In this document: positions 1 through 9,823 of the stretch, in pieces | How positions within the stretch are numbered: position 1 is the first letter of the stretch | Layout of the letters: each line of letters opens with the position of its first letter | Source: a virus | Taxonomy: Duplodnaviria > Caudoviricetes | Virus record (IMG/VR): IMGVR_UViG_3300028888_000116 | Span: 1 to 64,000 of that record | Direction: 5' to 3' (one strand) | DNA length: 64,000 nucleotides | The notes under the pieces: model-generated | Seen by the model: only the letters and a program-made list of their open reading frames with translations | Database searches by the model: none | What the model was told of the DNA's origin: nothing | Program-made: the position numbers and the translations under genes

Positions 1-43
1 GCGTACAGAAGATAAAAAGGATGTTACCGCTATTTGGGAAAAA

Positions 44-520
44 TTGAATAAATTAATTGAAACTTATTCAAAGAAAGGAATTAGCTTTCTACCAGGTAGT
101 GCAAATGAAAATGATTTATATGAAGCTTATAAGTTTTGGAAAGAAGCGAATGATATTGTAATGAATCTTGAAGATAATTATAATCTTAATGTCACTCGTC
201 CATTTTGGGATTTAATTGAAGCAAATAATCCTTTTAAAAAGGAAAAAGATGTTGGTGAAGTTCTAATAGATTTTGACTGGGAATCAGCTTTTGATAATAA
301 TGAAAATAAGATAATAAAATGTTTATTTGAAGCATATCAAGATTTTCAAAATTTTGAAAAGTGGAGACTTGAAAGTGCAAATGAAGATTCAAACTTTACT
401 TGTGAAATCTATGATGATGGTATAGATGGTTGTATTCAGGTAAGAGCTGAATATTATAATGATGGCAGAATATTATATATTGAGCAAATTTTAAGAGGAG
501 CTGAATATAATCCATATTAA
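44..520 (+). CDS. hypothetical protein
   Basis: 158-aa ORF with a TTG start and typical codon usage; no recognisable motif. Confidence 0.6.
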   Translation: MNKLIETYSKKGISFLPGSANENDLYEAYKFWKEANDIVMNLEDNYNLNVTRPFWDLIEANNPFKKEKDVGEVLIDFDWESAFDNNENKIIKCLFEAYQDFQNFEKWRLESANEDSNFTCEIYDDGIDGCIQVRAEYYNDGRILYIEQILRGAEYNPY

Positions 521-546
521 TAGCAAATTATTGGAGGTATAATAAT

Positions 547-1518
547 ATGAAAAATCGAGTTGTAAGATTTATCGTTATTGGTGTAATCGCAATCATTCTT
601 TTGGTTGTTGGTTTGAATTGTTGTTCTTCTGTTGGGCCAACAGAAAGGGGAATTATGACGACTTTTGGTAAGCCTTCCACTGAGATTCTTGAACCTGGTC
701 TCCATTTCAAGAGTCCTATTGGTCAGACTCTCGTGAAGAAAGATTTGTCGCCTATTGAATACTCAAAAACATTCCCTGTTGGAGAAGGCGGAGCTGTATC
801 AAAGGATATGCAGACAATTGGCGTAACCTTTACTTTGTATTGGAGATATTCTCCCGATAGAATTTATGAAATTGTAACCAACTATAAAGATGAACAGAAA
901 ATTTATCAACCAATATCTACTGCTGTAAAAGCTGCTCTAAAGGCGGAAATCGGAAAATACTCAGTTGAAGAGTTGATTCAGAATCAGACTAAAATTACTG
1001 AAGATGTCAGAAGTTCATTTGAAACTGATAAAGATATAGCGAGACTTCCTATTGAAATCCAGTCATTCAAAATTGATAACTGGGATTGGTCAGATGATTA
1101 TGATGCTATGATTAAAAAGACAATGGTTCGAAAGCAGGAAGTAGAACAGATGAAACAGGAAGTTGCTCTTTCTGAACAGGCCGCTCAGAAACAGGTTAAG
1201 GAAGCTGAAGCTGAAAAGCAGAGAATTGAATTGGAAGCAGACGCTGCTCTTATTAAAGCTCAGAAAGAAGCAGATGCAGCAGTTGCCCAGGCTGAAGGTG
1301 AAGCTCAGGCTAAGAAAGTTAAGGCAGAAGCTGAAAAATATGAAGCATTACAGATTCAGCAAGCGGCATCTATGAAGAAATCTCAGTGGGAACACGAAGA
1401 GAGAATGTTGGAATTGGAAGCAAAACTTCAGCACGAGAAAACTTGGAATGGAGCAATGGTTCCAAATTATATCCCAATTACTGCTGCTGGAACAATTGTT
1501 GATATTTCTGGTAATTAA
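547..1518 (+). CDS. SPFH/Band 7/prohibitin-family membrane protein
   Basis: N-terminal TM helix, then VGPTERGIMTTFGK...LEPGLHFKSP, VSKDMQTI, C-terminal Ala/Glu/Lys coiled coil; GGAGG SD. Confidence 0.9.
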   Translation: MKNRVVRFIVIGVIAIILLVVGLNCCSSVGPTERGIMTTFGKPSTEILEPGLHFKSPIGQTLVKKDLSPIEYSKTFPVGEGGAVSKDMQTIGVTFTLYWRYSPDRIYEIVTNYKDEQKIYQPISTAVKAALKAEIGKYSVEELIQNQTKITEDVRSSFETDKDIARLPIEIQSFKIDNWDWSDDYDAMIKKTMVRKQEVEQMKQEVALSEQAAQKQVKEAEAEKQRIELEADAALIKAQKEADAAVAQAEGEAQAKKVKAEAEKYEALQIQQAASMKKSQWEHEERMLELEAKLQHEKTWNGAMVPNYIPITAAGTIVDISGN

Positions 1519-1540
1519 GTTTATCTGAAATAGATTTTGA

Positions 1541-1566
1541 AAAAGGGAAGTTTTTACTTCCCTTTT
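1541..1566 (+). terminator. rho-independent terminator
   Basis: AAAAGGGAAGT-tttt-ACTTCCCTTTT followed by a T run after the SPFH gene. Confidence 0.85.
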
Positions 1567-1586
1567 TTTATAGGATAAATAAAATT

Positions 1587-1820
1587 ATGAAGATATTTAA
1601 AATTGTAGCTAAAGAGTGTTCATTAGATTTAGAAGAAAAAACTCAAAATGTTATTCGTGACCTGTTTTCTGAATACCCAAATGGTGAAATTGAAAAGATA
1701 AATAATTGGGGCGGAGAAAATTGGATATATACTTCAATTCTTTTTGAAACAGAACCTAAAAAAGATGAAATTAATCCTTTATTTATTCATCAGATTATTT
1801 CAGAACTTAAAGGAGAGTAA
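1587..1820 (+). CDS. small hypothetical protein, paralogue 1
   Basis: shares ETQxVIxxLFxxYPNGxIE...SIxFETEP with the next ORF. Confidence 0.75.
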   Translation: MKIFKIVAKECSLDLEEKTQNVIRDLFSEYPNGEIEKINNWGGENWIYTSILFETEPKKDEINPLFIHQIISELKGE

Positions 1821-1823
1821 AAT

Positions 1824-2099
1824 ATGAAAATCTATAAAAATATTACCTCTTCAAGAGAAGATATAGAAAGAGAGACTCAGAAAGTAATAAATGAGCTTTT
1901 TTATCAATACCCAAATGGTAAAATAGAGAATTTTCAGTCAACAGCAGCATCTAAAGGTGGTCAAGTTACTTATATGTATATAAGTAATTCTATTATTTTT
2001 GAAACGGAACCAGAACAAACAAAATCTGAAGTTACTATTGATAATCCTTTAATTCTGAATCAACTTATAGAGTCACTTAAAGATTTAATAAATCATTAA
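1824..2099 (+). CDS. small hypothetical protein, paralogue 2
   Basis: AAGGAG SD; clear similarity to 1587..1820. Confidence 0.75.
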   Translation: MKIYKNITSSREDIERETQKVINELFYQYPNGKIENFQSTAASKGGQVTYMYISNSIIFETEPEQTKSEVTIDNPLILNQLIESLKDLINH

Positions 2100-2138
2100 C
2101 TTTTTATTCTCATTTTGTTATATTATAAATATAAGGAG
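2098..2138 (+). promoter_or_regulatory. class E promoter motif (AACTTTT-N~12-TTATA[T/A]TATAAATA) plus SD
   Basis: the motif recurs about 8 times before non-structural genes. Confidence 0.7.
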
Positions 2139-2146
2139 ATTTTCAG

Positions 2147-3085
2147 ATGGCTGATAAATTTAAGACACTTGAATTCAATTTTGATGAAACAAATTTCCCA
2201 CCTAAATATGAATCAAAAGGAAAATTTATTCTTGCTGGAGAGCAGATTCCAAATCAAGGCGATGATTCAGCAGAAGAAATGCTTTGGTCCTATGTAGCCT
2301 CAATGCATAGAGATGGAGTTGATGATAATTTCAATTCAAACTTTTTTATGGATTTAAAGCCTCGTCTCACCCCTAATCAGCAGAAACTTTCTTTTCCAAA
2401 AGATTTCAAAGATGTAATTGAACAGATGTCAGCTATGAATGAAAATATGAAAGAAGCTAAAAAAGCTCGTTCAAAAGAAGAAAAAGCTGCTGAAAAGAAA
2501 TATAAAGAATCTCTCAAAGAAAAATATGGATTCGCAATTGTTAATGGAAAAAAGCAGCCTCTTGGAGCTTATATGATAGAACCACCAGGAATCCTTTTCT
2601 CTCGTGGAGCACCAAAGATTCACGGACATTGGAAATACAGAGTTCAGCCAGAAGATATTATCATTAATTGGTGCTCTGATAAGCCAGCTCCTAAAGCTCC
2701 AACAGGACATCATTGGAAAGAAGTTGTTGCAAATCGAAAAGCATTTCAGATTGTAAAATATGAAGTTGATACTGGTCACGTAGTTACTGGACCAAAGAAA
2801 ATACTTTTTGCTGCGAAGGCTGATAATAAGAAAGCTGCAGATAAGAAAAAGTTTGAAAAAGCTCTTAAGCTGATTAAAAACTGGGATAAAATGGAAGCTC
2901 ATATCGAAAAGGGGCTTAAATCAAGAGATAAAAAAACTCAGGAAGCTGCCCTGGTTTCTTGGTTGATTAAAGAAACTTCTATCAGAATTGGCTCTTATGA
3001 TACTAAAGGTACTGATTTTGAAAATGGAGTTGTTGGAGCTTCAACTTTAAAAGTTGGAAATATCATTCTTACAAAGGAAGATTAA
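2147..3085 (+). CDS. DNA topoisomerase IB, eukaryote-like long type, N-terminal/core fragment lacking the catalytic Tyr domain
   Basis: KYGFAIVNG, IEPPGILFSRG, RVQPEDIIIN, KAPTGHHWKEV, SIRIG...VGASTLKVGNI align by eye with human Top1 core motifs; the ORF stops before the GKD/His/Tyr region. Confidence 0.85.
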   Translation: MADKFKTLEFNFDETNFPPKYESKGKFILAGEQIPNQGDDSAEEMLWSYVASMHRDGVDDNFNSNFFMDLKPRLTPNQQKLSFPKDFKDVIEQMSAMNENMKEAKKARSKEEKAAEKKYKESLKEKYGFAIVNGKKQPLGAYMIEPPGILFSRGAPKIHGHWKYRVQPEDIIINWCSDKPAPKAPTGHHWKEVVANRKAFQIVKYEVDTGHVVTGPKKILFAAKADNKKAADKKKFEKALKLIKNWDKMEAHIEKGLKSRDKKTQEAALVSWLIKETSIRIGSYDTKGTDFENGVVGASTLKVGNIILTKED

Positions 3086-3339
3086 TGCAGAGTCTTGAAA
3101 ATTGTGAATTCTGTATTCATTGTAAAGATTATGTAAAGCCCGGTTTTGGAGATAATTTTGATATTAAAAGAAATAAAATTATTGTTCTTAATGGTCGTGG
3201 CTGGCATCCTTCATTAGCGCTCTGTGTTTCAAAATATGGAAAGAAAATAATGAAAAATTGTAAATGGTGTCCAGCTTTTAAAGAGCAAAAATTCAATAAA
3301 AATGTTAATTGGGAAGGTATTTTTAATGAAGTTAAATAA
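3085..3339 (+). CDS. Cys-rich hypothetical protein
   Basis: CxxCxxC and CxxC motifs; start overlaps the previous stop (TAATG). Confidence 0.65.
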   Translation: MQSLENCEFCIHCKDYVKPGFGDNFDIKRNKIIVLNGRGWHPSLALCVSKYGKKIMKNCKWCPAFKEQKFNKNVNWEGIFNEVK

Positions 3340-3571
3340 AGTTAAAACAATTTTGGTTGCAAAAGTTATTACTGAAGCAAAAATAGGATTTCGAGTTCCT
3401 ATGGAAGAAACTGTAAAACTCTATTCTCTCAATACAAAAAAGAAAGACCTTGAAAGGGAGTGGGAAAACGAAGGAATGATGGCAATTCAGCAGACTCTTC
3501 CCGATAGAAAAATTTTAGAAGTAAAAAGTATTGAATGGCAAACACTTAATGGCCAGAAAATAAATTTTTAA
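3326..3571 (+). CDS. hypothetical protein (likely start ATG 3326)
   Basis: GGAAGG SD upstream; coupled to the previous ORF. Confidence 0.6.
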   Translation: MKLNKVKTILVAKVITEAKIGFRVPMEETVKLYSLNTKKKDLEREWENEGMMAIQQTLPDRKILEVKSIEWQTLNGQKINF

Positions 3572-3605
3572 TTTGTACATTCATATTCTGTAATACTAAA
3601 TTATT

Positions 3606-3848
3606 ATGGAAAATGAAGAATTAGAAACATTCGTTGAAGTTGAAACTGGAAGTGAATCTTATGATGATTATATCACTTTCGGTGATATAGCATTAATCAC
3701 CTTCTTAGCTATTCTCGGATGTGCCGTTTTTGCATTTATTATGAAAATAATCAGAAAAAATATAAAAAATGCAAAAATTAAACTCGGGGATAAAATTGAA
3801 GTTAGTGTAGAATCAAAAGATAACACTGATGAAAAGAAGTTGAAATAA
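3606..3848 (+). CDS. small single-pass membrane protein
   Basis: hydrophobic IALITFLAILGCAVFAFIM segment; ACTAAAT motif just upstream. Confidence 0.7.
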   Translation: MENEELETFVEVETGSESYDDYITFGDIALITFLAILGCAVFAFIMKIIRKNIKNAKIKLGDKIEVSVESKDNTDEKKLK

Positions 3849-4342
3849 TGGAAGAAACAGAATTATCAAGAATATATAACTTAACTCATAATGGAAGAAA
3901 TAATAGACTTTCCTGTGGATTTTTAATTGTCGATAGACAGACTGGAAAATTTCTCGCTTGTCATTCTACAGGAAAACCAAAAGATATGTTCGATATAACT
4001 AAAGGACATTTAGACCCACCAGAAAATCCATTAGAGTGTGCCATAAGAGAATGCCAAGAAGAAACTGGATTATCCGTTAATCCTAATGAAGTTTTCGATT
4101 GTGGCCAATTTACCTATCAAAAAGATAAAGATTTACATATATTCATTTATGTAACAGATATAAATATTCCCGAATTACATTGCGATTCTACTTTTGAAAT
4201 GTATGGAAAACAATTACCAGAGATGAATGGGTATTCACTGGTGAATGACTTTTCTTTATTCTATAAAAATCTTGGAACCGTTTTAGAAGAGGCCTATAAT
4301 AGGCCAGGCGCCAAGGAATTTATAGAAGCCCGCCTCATTTAG
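3848..4342 (+). CDS. NUDIX hydrolase
   Basis: Nudix box KGHLDPPENPLECAIRECQEETGL; SCGFLI...FLACH. Confidence 0.92.
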   Translation: MEETELSRIYNLTHNGRNNRLSCGFLIVDRQTGKFLACHSTGKPKDMFDITKGHLDPPENPLECAIRECQEETGLSVNPNEVFDCGQFTYQKDKDLHIFIYVTDINIPELHCDSTFEMYGKQLPEMNGYSLVNDFSLFYKNLGTVLEEAYNRPGAKEFIEARLI

Positions 4343-4358
4343 TAGTTAATTTATCTTT

Positions 4359-6428
4359 ATGTTAAAAATTAATTCTCTCGTCTTGCATAATTTTACTTGC
4401 GTATCTGATGCTGAATTTGATTTTTCAGATGATAAAACAATTCTTTTAATTGGAAAAAACGGACAAGGTAAATCTTCTATTCTATCTGCGATTGCTCTAT
4501 GTCTTACTGGAGAAACTAGAGGTACACAATTTAAAGATTTAATCAAACTTGGTAAAGATTCTAGCTTTGTAAAGTTAAATGCTCTTATAAATAATAAGCC
4601 TCTTGATATTGAGGTAACACTTCATATTAAAAATGGAAGAGTCAGAACAATAAAATATGAAGATAAAATCTATATCAATTCTGATGCCAATGATTTAATA
4701 AAGTCTCTTGAAATTGATTTTTACGCAAATATAATGCTATCAATTCAAGGTAAATCAGAAGATATAACGAATCAAGGCCCAGCGGAAAGAAAATATTATT
4801 TACAGAAATTACTCAATTTTGATTTTTATGAAAAACTTCAGCCTTATAAGGATAAGGTAACGAATCTGAATGATACAATTGATGAAATTGAGAAATCCAT
4901 TAAAGTTAATGAAGAACTCATTTCTCAAAAGAAAAAAGAAATAAAAGACGAAATTGATTTCTTTTTTACGGACGAAGACATCATTAATCTTCAAAAGAAG
5001 ATTGGTGGATTAACTCAGGAAATAGATGAGTTTGGTGAGAATATTTCAAAGAAGAATGAATTAGTCAGCGAGTTCTCTAAAATAAAAACTCAAGTATCTG
5101 ATTTGAATAATGAAAAGAGCCAGAATTCTATAAAGATTAAAAACTTAAAAGAAAAGAAATCAGATTATGACAATCTTGAAAATGAAATAAAAGAAGTTGA
5201 ATTAAAGATTGCAGAAGAAACTGAGAAATTGGGAAAGGCAAATCTTGAAAGTTCTGATGCCAAAAAAGTTTTAGATTCTCATAAAGAAAAAGTAAAAGAC
5301 GCTGAATCTGAAAAGAATAAAATATCTTATGAGCTCAACGATATAAAGAAGAAAAAAGATTTATTATCTAAAGGAAAATGTCCAACTTGTGGTAATGAGT
5401 TCACATCAGATGAAGTTGAAGAAATTGAAAGTTCTTACAAAGAAATAGAAAGAAAATATGAAGATTCTTGTAATTGGCTTAAAACATTTGAATTGGATGC
5501 TAATATAGCAGCTCAAGGATATAATGAATCTGTCACAAAAGTAAACAATATTAATTCTTCTATCAATTCAGAAAAAAGACAGAAAAGTTATCTTGAATCC
5601 AAATTAAAGGCTAAACCAGATTTTAGTGGTATTCAAACTTTGGAAAAAAGAAATATTGAAATTGATTCTGAAATCAACACAAAAAATAATTTAATAACTC
5701 AAAAAGAAAATGAGATAAAAGAAATTGATAAGTCTTTGCTCGAATATGATAGAATAAATAAAGAGTTAAAAGAAAATCAAGAGTTATTAAATAATTATAA
5801 CAGTACAATTCTGAAAAATAATTTGATACTTCAGAATAATAAAACAATTCGTGAATCCATTATCAGTATGGAAGAGCAAATAAAAACGAATATGTCTTCT
5901 CTTGAATCATATAGAAAGAGTTTACAATCTTATATTGATTGTATTGATATATTTGAAAAGACATTCCCGAATTATTTAATTGTTAAAACTTGTGCTAAGC
6001 TTGAAAAAGCAATTAATGATTTTGTTCAAACGATATTTCCCGAAATGGAAGTTAGATTGTTTCAGAATAAGCAAGGAGTAGAGTTCTTCTATACACCTGA
6101 AAAGAGTACTGTAAAGAAATGGATAAAAGAAAATCTATTGAATGCAAAAAATGCCTCAGGTTTTGAGAAGGCGGCATTATCAATGTCATTTAAGGTAGCT
6201 CTTTTGAAAGCTTACGATATTCCATTTGCTTTCCTAGATGAGGTTGATTCAGCCGCTGATGATGAAAATTCAGAAAATATGTTCAAAGCAATCATTTCTA
6301 ATAATATCTTTGAGCAAATCTTTATTATATCTCATAAATCTTCAGTGAGAGATTCTATAGTAACAATTGCACCAAAAGCAAAGGTATATTATGTTGCAGA
6401 AGGCAACTTTAGTACGGAAGAGCAATAA
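4359..6428 (+). CDS. SbcC/Rad50/T4 gp46-like recombination exonuclease ATPase subunit
   Basis: Walker A GKNGQGKSS, coiled coil with CPTCG zinc hook, signature ASGFEK, Walker B AFLDEVD, IISH. Confidence 0.93.
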   Translation: MLKINSLVLHNFTCVSDAEFDFSDDKTILLIGKNGQGKSSILSAIALCLTGETRGTQFKDLIKLGKDSSFVKLNALINNKPLDIEVTLHIKNGRVRTIKYEDKIYINSDANDLIKSLEIDFYANIMLSIQGKSEDITNQGPAERKYYLQKLLNFDFYEKLQPYKDKVTNLNDTIDEIEKSIKVNEELISQKKKEIKDEIDFFFTDEDIINLQKKIGGLTQEIDEFGENISKKNELVSEFSKIKTQVSDLNNEKSQNSIKIKNLKEKKSDYDNLENEIKEVELKIAEETEKLGKANLESSDAKKVLDSHKEKVKDAESEKNKISYELNDIKKKKDLLSKGKCPTCGNEFTSDEVEEIESSYKEIERKYEDSCNWLKTFELDANIAAQGYNESVTKVNNINSSINSEKRQKSYLESKLKAKPDFSGIQTLEKRNIEIDSEINTKNNLITQKENEIKEIDKSLLEYDRINKELKENQELLNNYNSTILKNNLILQNNKTIRESIISMEEQIKTNMSSLESYRKSLQSYIDCIDIFEKTFPNYLIVKTCAKLEKAINDFVQTIFPEMEVRLFQNKQGVEFFYTPEKSTVKKWIKENLLNAKNASGFEKAALSMSFKVALLKAYDIPFAFLDEVDSAADDENSENMFKAIISNNIFEQIFIISHKSSVRDSIVTIAPKAKVYYVAEGNFSTEEQ

Positions 6429-6465
6429 CTAGATAGAATCAGACTAAAAGAGACAAGGAAAAATA

Positions 6466-8718
6466 ATGACTGTAGAGAAACGAGATGGTCAAATTAAGGA
6501 ATTTGACCCAAATAAGATTATTACAGCAATTTCAAAAGCTGCGAAGTCTTGTAAAATAGAAATCCAACAAGATATGATTCAAAAACTTTTGAAATATGTT
6601 ACAGCAAAGGTTTCCAAACTTGATGAGCCAATCAATGTTGAAGATATACAAGATGCAATTGAAGAGGCTTTAATGAAATATAACCTTTTCGAAGTGGAAA
6701 TTTGTTTCCACGATTATCGAAAGAAAAGGGAAGCCGATAGATTTAAAAAATTAAAAATTACAAAAGAAATCACTGAAAAATTAAATGCAGAGAATATAGC
6801 AAATCAGAATGCCAACCTTGATGAAAGTTCTTTTGGTGGAAGAAAAGGGGAAGCAGAATCAGCACTATTAAAACAAATGGCATTAGATTATTATATTTCT
6901 CCAAAATTTGCTAAGAATCATATTAATAATAGAATTTATATTCACGACCTTGATTCTTATATAATTGGAATGCATAATTGTCTTTCAATTCCATTTGATG
7001 AATTATTAAGGAACGGATTTAAAACAAGACAAGTATTTATCAGACCAGCCGGCTCAATAAATACAGCTTATCAGTTAGTTGCAGTTTTATTCCAATTACA
7101 GTCACTTCAGCAATTTGGTGGAGTTGCAGCAACCCATTTTGATTGGACAATGGTTCCTTATGTTAGAAAATCTTTTTATAAACATTATAAAGATGGAAAG
7201 AAATGGCTCTCATTCAGAAAAAAATTTGAATTATCAAAAGAAAAAGTTGAGACAACTTCAATTAATAATAAAAAGGTTTATACAAATAGAAAAGCAAGAA
7301 AATATGCTCTTGAAATGGTAAAGAAAGAATTAAATCAAGCTGCTGAAGGCTTATTACATAATTTGAATTCACTTCAGTCTCGAAGTGGAAATCAATTACC
7401 TTTTAGCTCTATTAATTATGGAACTTGTACATTACCAGAAGGTAGATTAGTTATTCGTTCAATTCTTGAATCTTCTATTAAGGGAGTTGGAAATGGAGAA
7501 ACTTCTATTTTCCCTTGTCAGATTTTTCAGTTGATGGACGGAGTAAATACTTCAGAAAAAGACCCAAATTATGATTTATTCAAATTAGCAATTAAATGTA
7601 CCTCAAAAAGATTATATCCAAATTACGTAAATTGTGATTGGAGTAAAGACCAAGGATATAATAAAAATGACCCAAGAACATATCCTAGCACGATGGGGTG
7701 CCGCACTTATTCGAGTTGGGATATTAATTCACCAGATGAAGCTCATAAGCGTATTAAAGATGGACGAGGAAATATCGCTCCTGCTACAATTATTCTTCCA
7801 ACTTTAGCTATGGAAGCTAAAAAGAAGGCTGAGAAAGACCAAAAGCCAGAATATATTGTTGATTATTTTATGGATATTCTTGAAAAAGCAATTGGTGATT
7901 GTAAAGATGAATTAATTGAACGATTTAATTGGATATGCGCTCAGAATCCAGCTTCAGCTAAGTTTATGTATGAGAACAATACATTCTTCTCTTATGGAGA
8001 TGATTTTAAGAATGAAGGTATTAGAGGTGCTCTAAAACACGGAACATTAGCAATTGGACAATTAGGAATGGCCGAATGTTTACAGATTCTTATAGGATGT
8101 GACCAATGTGACCCTAAAGGAATGGAAGTTGCGAAAAGAATTGAATCTTTATTTAGTGCTAAATGTTCTGAATATAAATTAAATTATAAATTGAACTTTG
8201 GAGTTTATTATACTCCAGCTGAAAATCTTTGTTATACAGCTATGACAAAGTTTAAAAAGAAATATGGAGTTATTCCAAATGTTTCAGATAGGGATTATTT
8301 TACAAACTCAATTCACGTTCCTGTTTGGAAAGAAGTTGACCCAGTAGAAAAAATCAATATTGAAGCTCAATTGACTGGATATAGTTCAGCAGGATGTATT
8401 ACCTATATTGAAATTGGAGATAACGCTTCAAATAATCTTGAAGCTCTGAAAGATTTAGTATTATATGCAAAGACTAAGGATATTCCATATTTCGCTTTGA
8501 ATCTCCCATTAAGTCATTGTAAAAAATGTGGCTCAGATGAGAATATAGATTTTGATGCGTCTTGTCCTTGTTGTGGAGCTGAGCCAGAAGATATTGAACA
8601 TCTCGCTAGAGTCACTGGATATTTGAGTACTGATTTCAGACATTTCAATAAAGGAAAACAATCAGAAACAAGAGAAAGATTTGTCCACGTAAATAAATGG
8701 AACACTTGGAAAAAGTAG
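6466..8718 (+). CDS. nrdD: anaerobic ribonucleoside-triphosphate reductase (class III)
   Basis: ATP cone (VEKRDG...FDPNKI), IYIHDLD, HNCL, MGCRT, YYTPAE, C-terminal CxxC/CxxC and RVTGYL glycyl-radical loop. Confidence 0.97.
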   Translation: MTVEKRDGQIKEFDPNKIITAISKAAKSCKIEIQQDMIQKLLKYVTAKVSKLDEPINVEDIQDAIEEALMKYNLFEVEICFHDYRKKREADRFKKLKITKEITEKLNAENIANQNANLDESSFGGRKGEAESALLKQMALDYYISPKFAKNHINNRIYIHDLDSYIIGMHNCLSIPFDELLRNGFKTRQVFIRPAGSINTAYQLVAVLFQLQSLQQFGGVAATHFDWTMVPYVRKSFYKHYKDGKKWLSFRKKFELSKEKVETTSINNKKVYTNRKARKYALEMVKKELNQAAEGLLHNLNSLQSRSGNQLPFSSINYGTCTLPEGRLVIRSILESSIKGVGNGETSIFPCQIFQLMDGVNTSEKDPNYDLFKLAIKCTSKRLYPNYVNCDWSKDQGYNKNDPRTYPSTMGCRTYSSWDINSPDEAHKRIKDGRGNIAPATIILPTLAMEAKKKAEKDQKPEYIVDYFMDILEKAIGDCKDELIERFNWICAQNPASAKFMYENNTFFSYGDDFKNEGIRGALKHGTLAIGQLGMAECLQILIGCDQCDPKGMEVAKRIESLFSAKCSEYKLNYKLNFGVYYTPAENLCYTAMTKFKKKYGVIPNVSDRDYFTNSIHVPVWKEVDPVEKINIEAQLTGYSSAGCITYIEIGDNASNNLEALKDLVLYAKTKDIPYFALNLPLSHCKKCGSDENIDFDASCPCCGAEPEDIEHLARVTGYLSTDFRHFNKGKQSETRERFVHVNKWNTWKK

Positions 8719-8978
8719 ACGACCTTTTTAAGCATAGGCTTTCATTAAAAAACAGAGCTGATAAAAGAGCCTATGCTATGTCTTTAAGAAACGATTTCTC
8801 ATTTATAAAAACTGACGAATATTTAATAGAGCAAGATTTAGATTTTGGTATTATTGAAAATGAAGTATGGGGAATGATTAATATTTCAAATTTTAAAAAA
8901 TTAAGTCTAACTCAAGATTTCTATGTTGTTGATTGTGAAACTAAAAAAGAATACCCGATACAGTGGAGACTTAGGTAA
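8697..8978 (+). CDS. hypothetical protein
   Basis: 93-aa ORF overlapping the nrdD end. Confidence 0.6.
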   Translation: MEHLEKVDDLFKHRLSLKNRADKRAYAMSLRNDFSFIKTDEYLIEQDLDFGIIENEVWGMINISNFKKLSLTQDFYVVDCETKKEYPIQWRLR

Positions 8979-9016
8979 TTTTTCCTACTATCTTATAAAG
9001 GAGATTTTTATAAAAA

Positions 9017-9523
9017 ATGGCAATTCGAGTTGCTAATATTATTGATTTTGATATTGCGGATTCTTTAGACGGAATCTGTGTTTCTTTATGGACTGCTGGA
9101 TGTCCACATAGATGTCCTGGTTGCCATAATTCTGAATTATGGGACGGAAATAATTATCCCGAAAAATCAAAAGAAGAAATATTAGAACGTATAAAATCAG
9201 CAATGATTAAATCAGATATTAAAAAGAGTTTTTCTATATTAGGTGGAGAGCCACTCATTCCCGAAAATGTAGAAGATTTGAGCTGGATAATTTCTGAGTT
9301 TCATAAACAATTCCCAAGTTCTACGATATACCTTTGGACTGGGTATACATTAGATGAATTATTAGAAAGAAAAGATAAAAATTTAAAGAAGATTTTTAAA
9401 AATATAAATTATCTTATAGACGGAAGATTTGATATAAATAAAAAAATGACGAGCCTTGAATTAAGGGGCTCGTCTAATCAAAATATTTATAAGAGAACTT
9501 TCTTTGGTTTAAGAAAAATTTAA
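9017..9523 (+). CDS. nrdG: anaerobic RNR activating protein (radical SAM)
   Basis: GCPHRCPGCHN CxxxCxxC motif, SILGGEPL, IDGRF, RGSSNQ. Confidence 0.96.
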   Translation: MAIRVANIIDFDIADSLDGICVSLWTAGCPHRCPGCHNSELWDGNNYPEKSKEEILERIKSAMIKSDIKKSFSILGGEPLIPENVEDLSWIISEFHKQFPSSTIYLWTGYTLDELLERKDKNLKKIFKNINYLIDGRFDINKKMTSLELRGSSNQNIYKRTFFGLRKI

Positions 9524-9810
9524 TCTTTTTTTAAAAAATATTTTTGAAGCGTTTTAATATTATTTTTCTGAATTGTCTTTTTAGCGATATCAGTAATTTG
9601 GTCACACTCTAAGGCGTGAGCTAGAGCTTCTTCTCCATTTAAGAAATCACCTTCATCAGTAATCCAACCAGGATGTGCTTTATTAGCGATTTCATCAATT
9701 ACTAAATCGTCCATAACATCAAATGCATCTTCAATATTATTTCTAATTACTCTATCAATAAGAGCAATTTCACCTTGATAAGTAATTTTATAAACTTTAT
9801 TTACAATCAT
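9520..9810 (-). CDS. hypothetical protein
   Basis: GGAG SD; 96 aa; motif GWITDEGDFLNGEEALAHA. Confidence 0.65.
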   Translation of the reverse strand: MIVNKVYKITYQGEIALIDRVIRNNIEDAFDVMDDLVIDEIANKAHPGWITDEGDFLNGEEALAHALECDQITDIAKKTIQKNNIKTLQKYFLKKD

Positions 9811-9823
9811 CTATAAACTCCTT

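Noticed and set aside
6466-8718. Intein or intron in nrdD, a common insertion target
   Set aside because: Length and motif order are normal and there are no splicing motifs.
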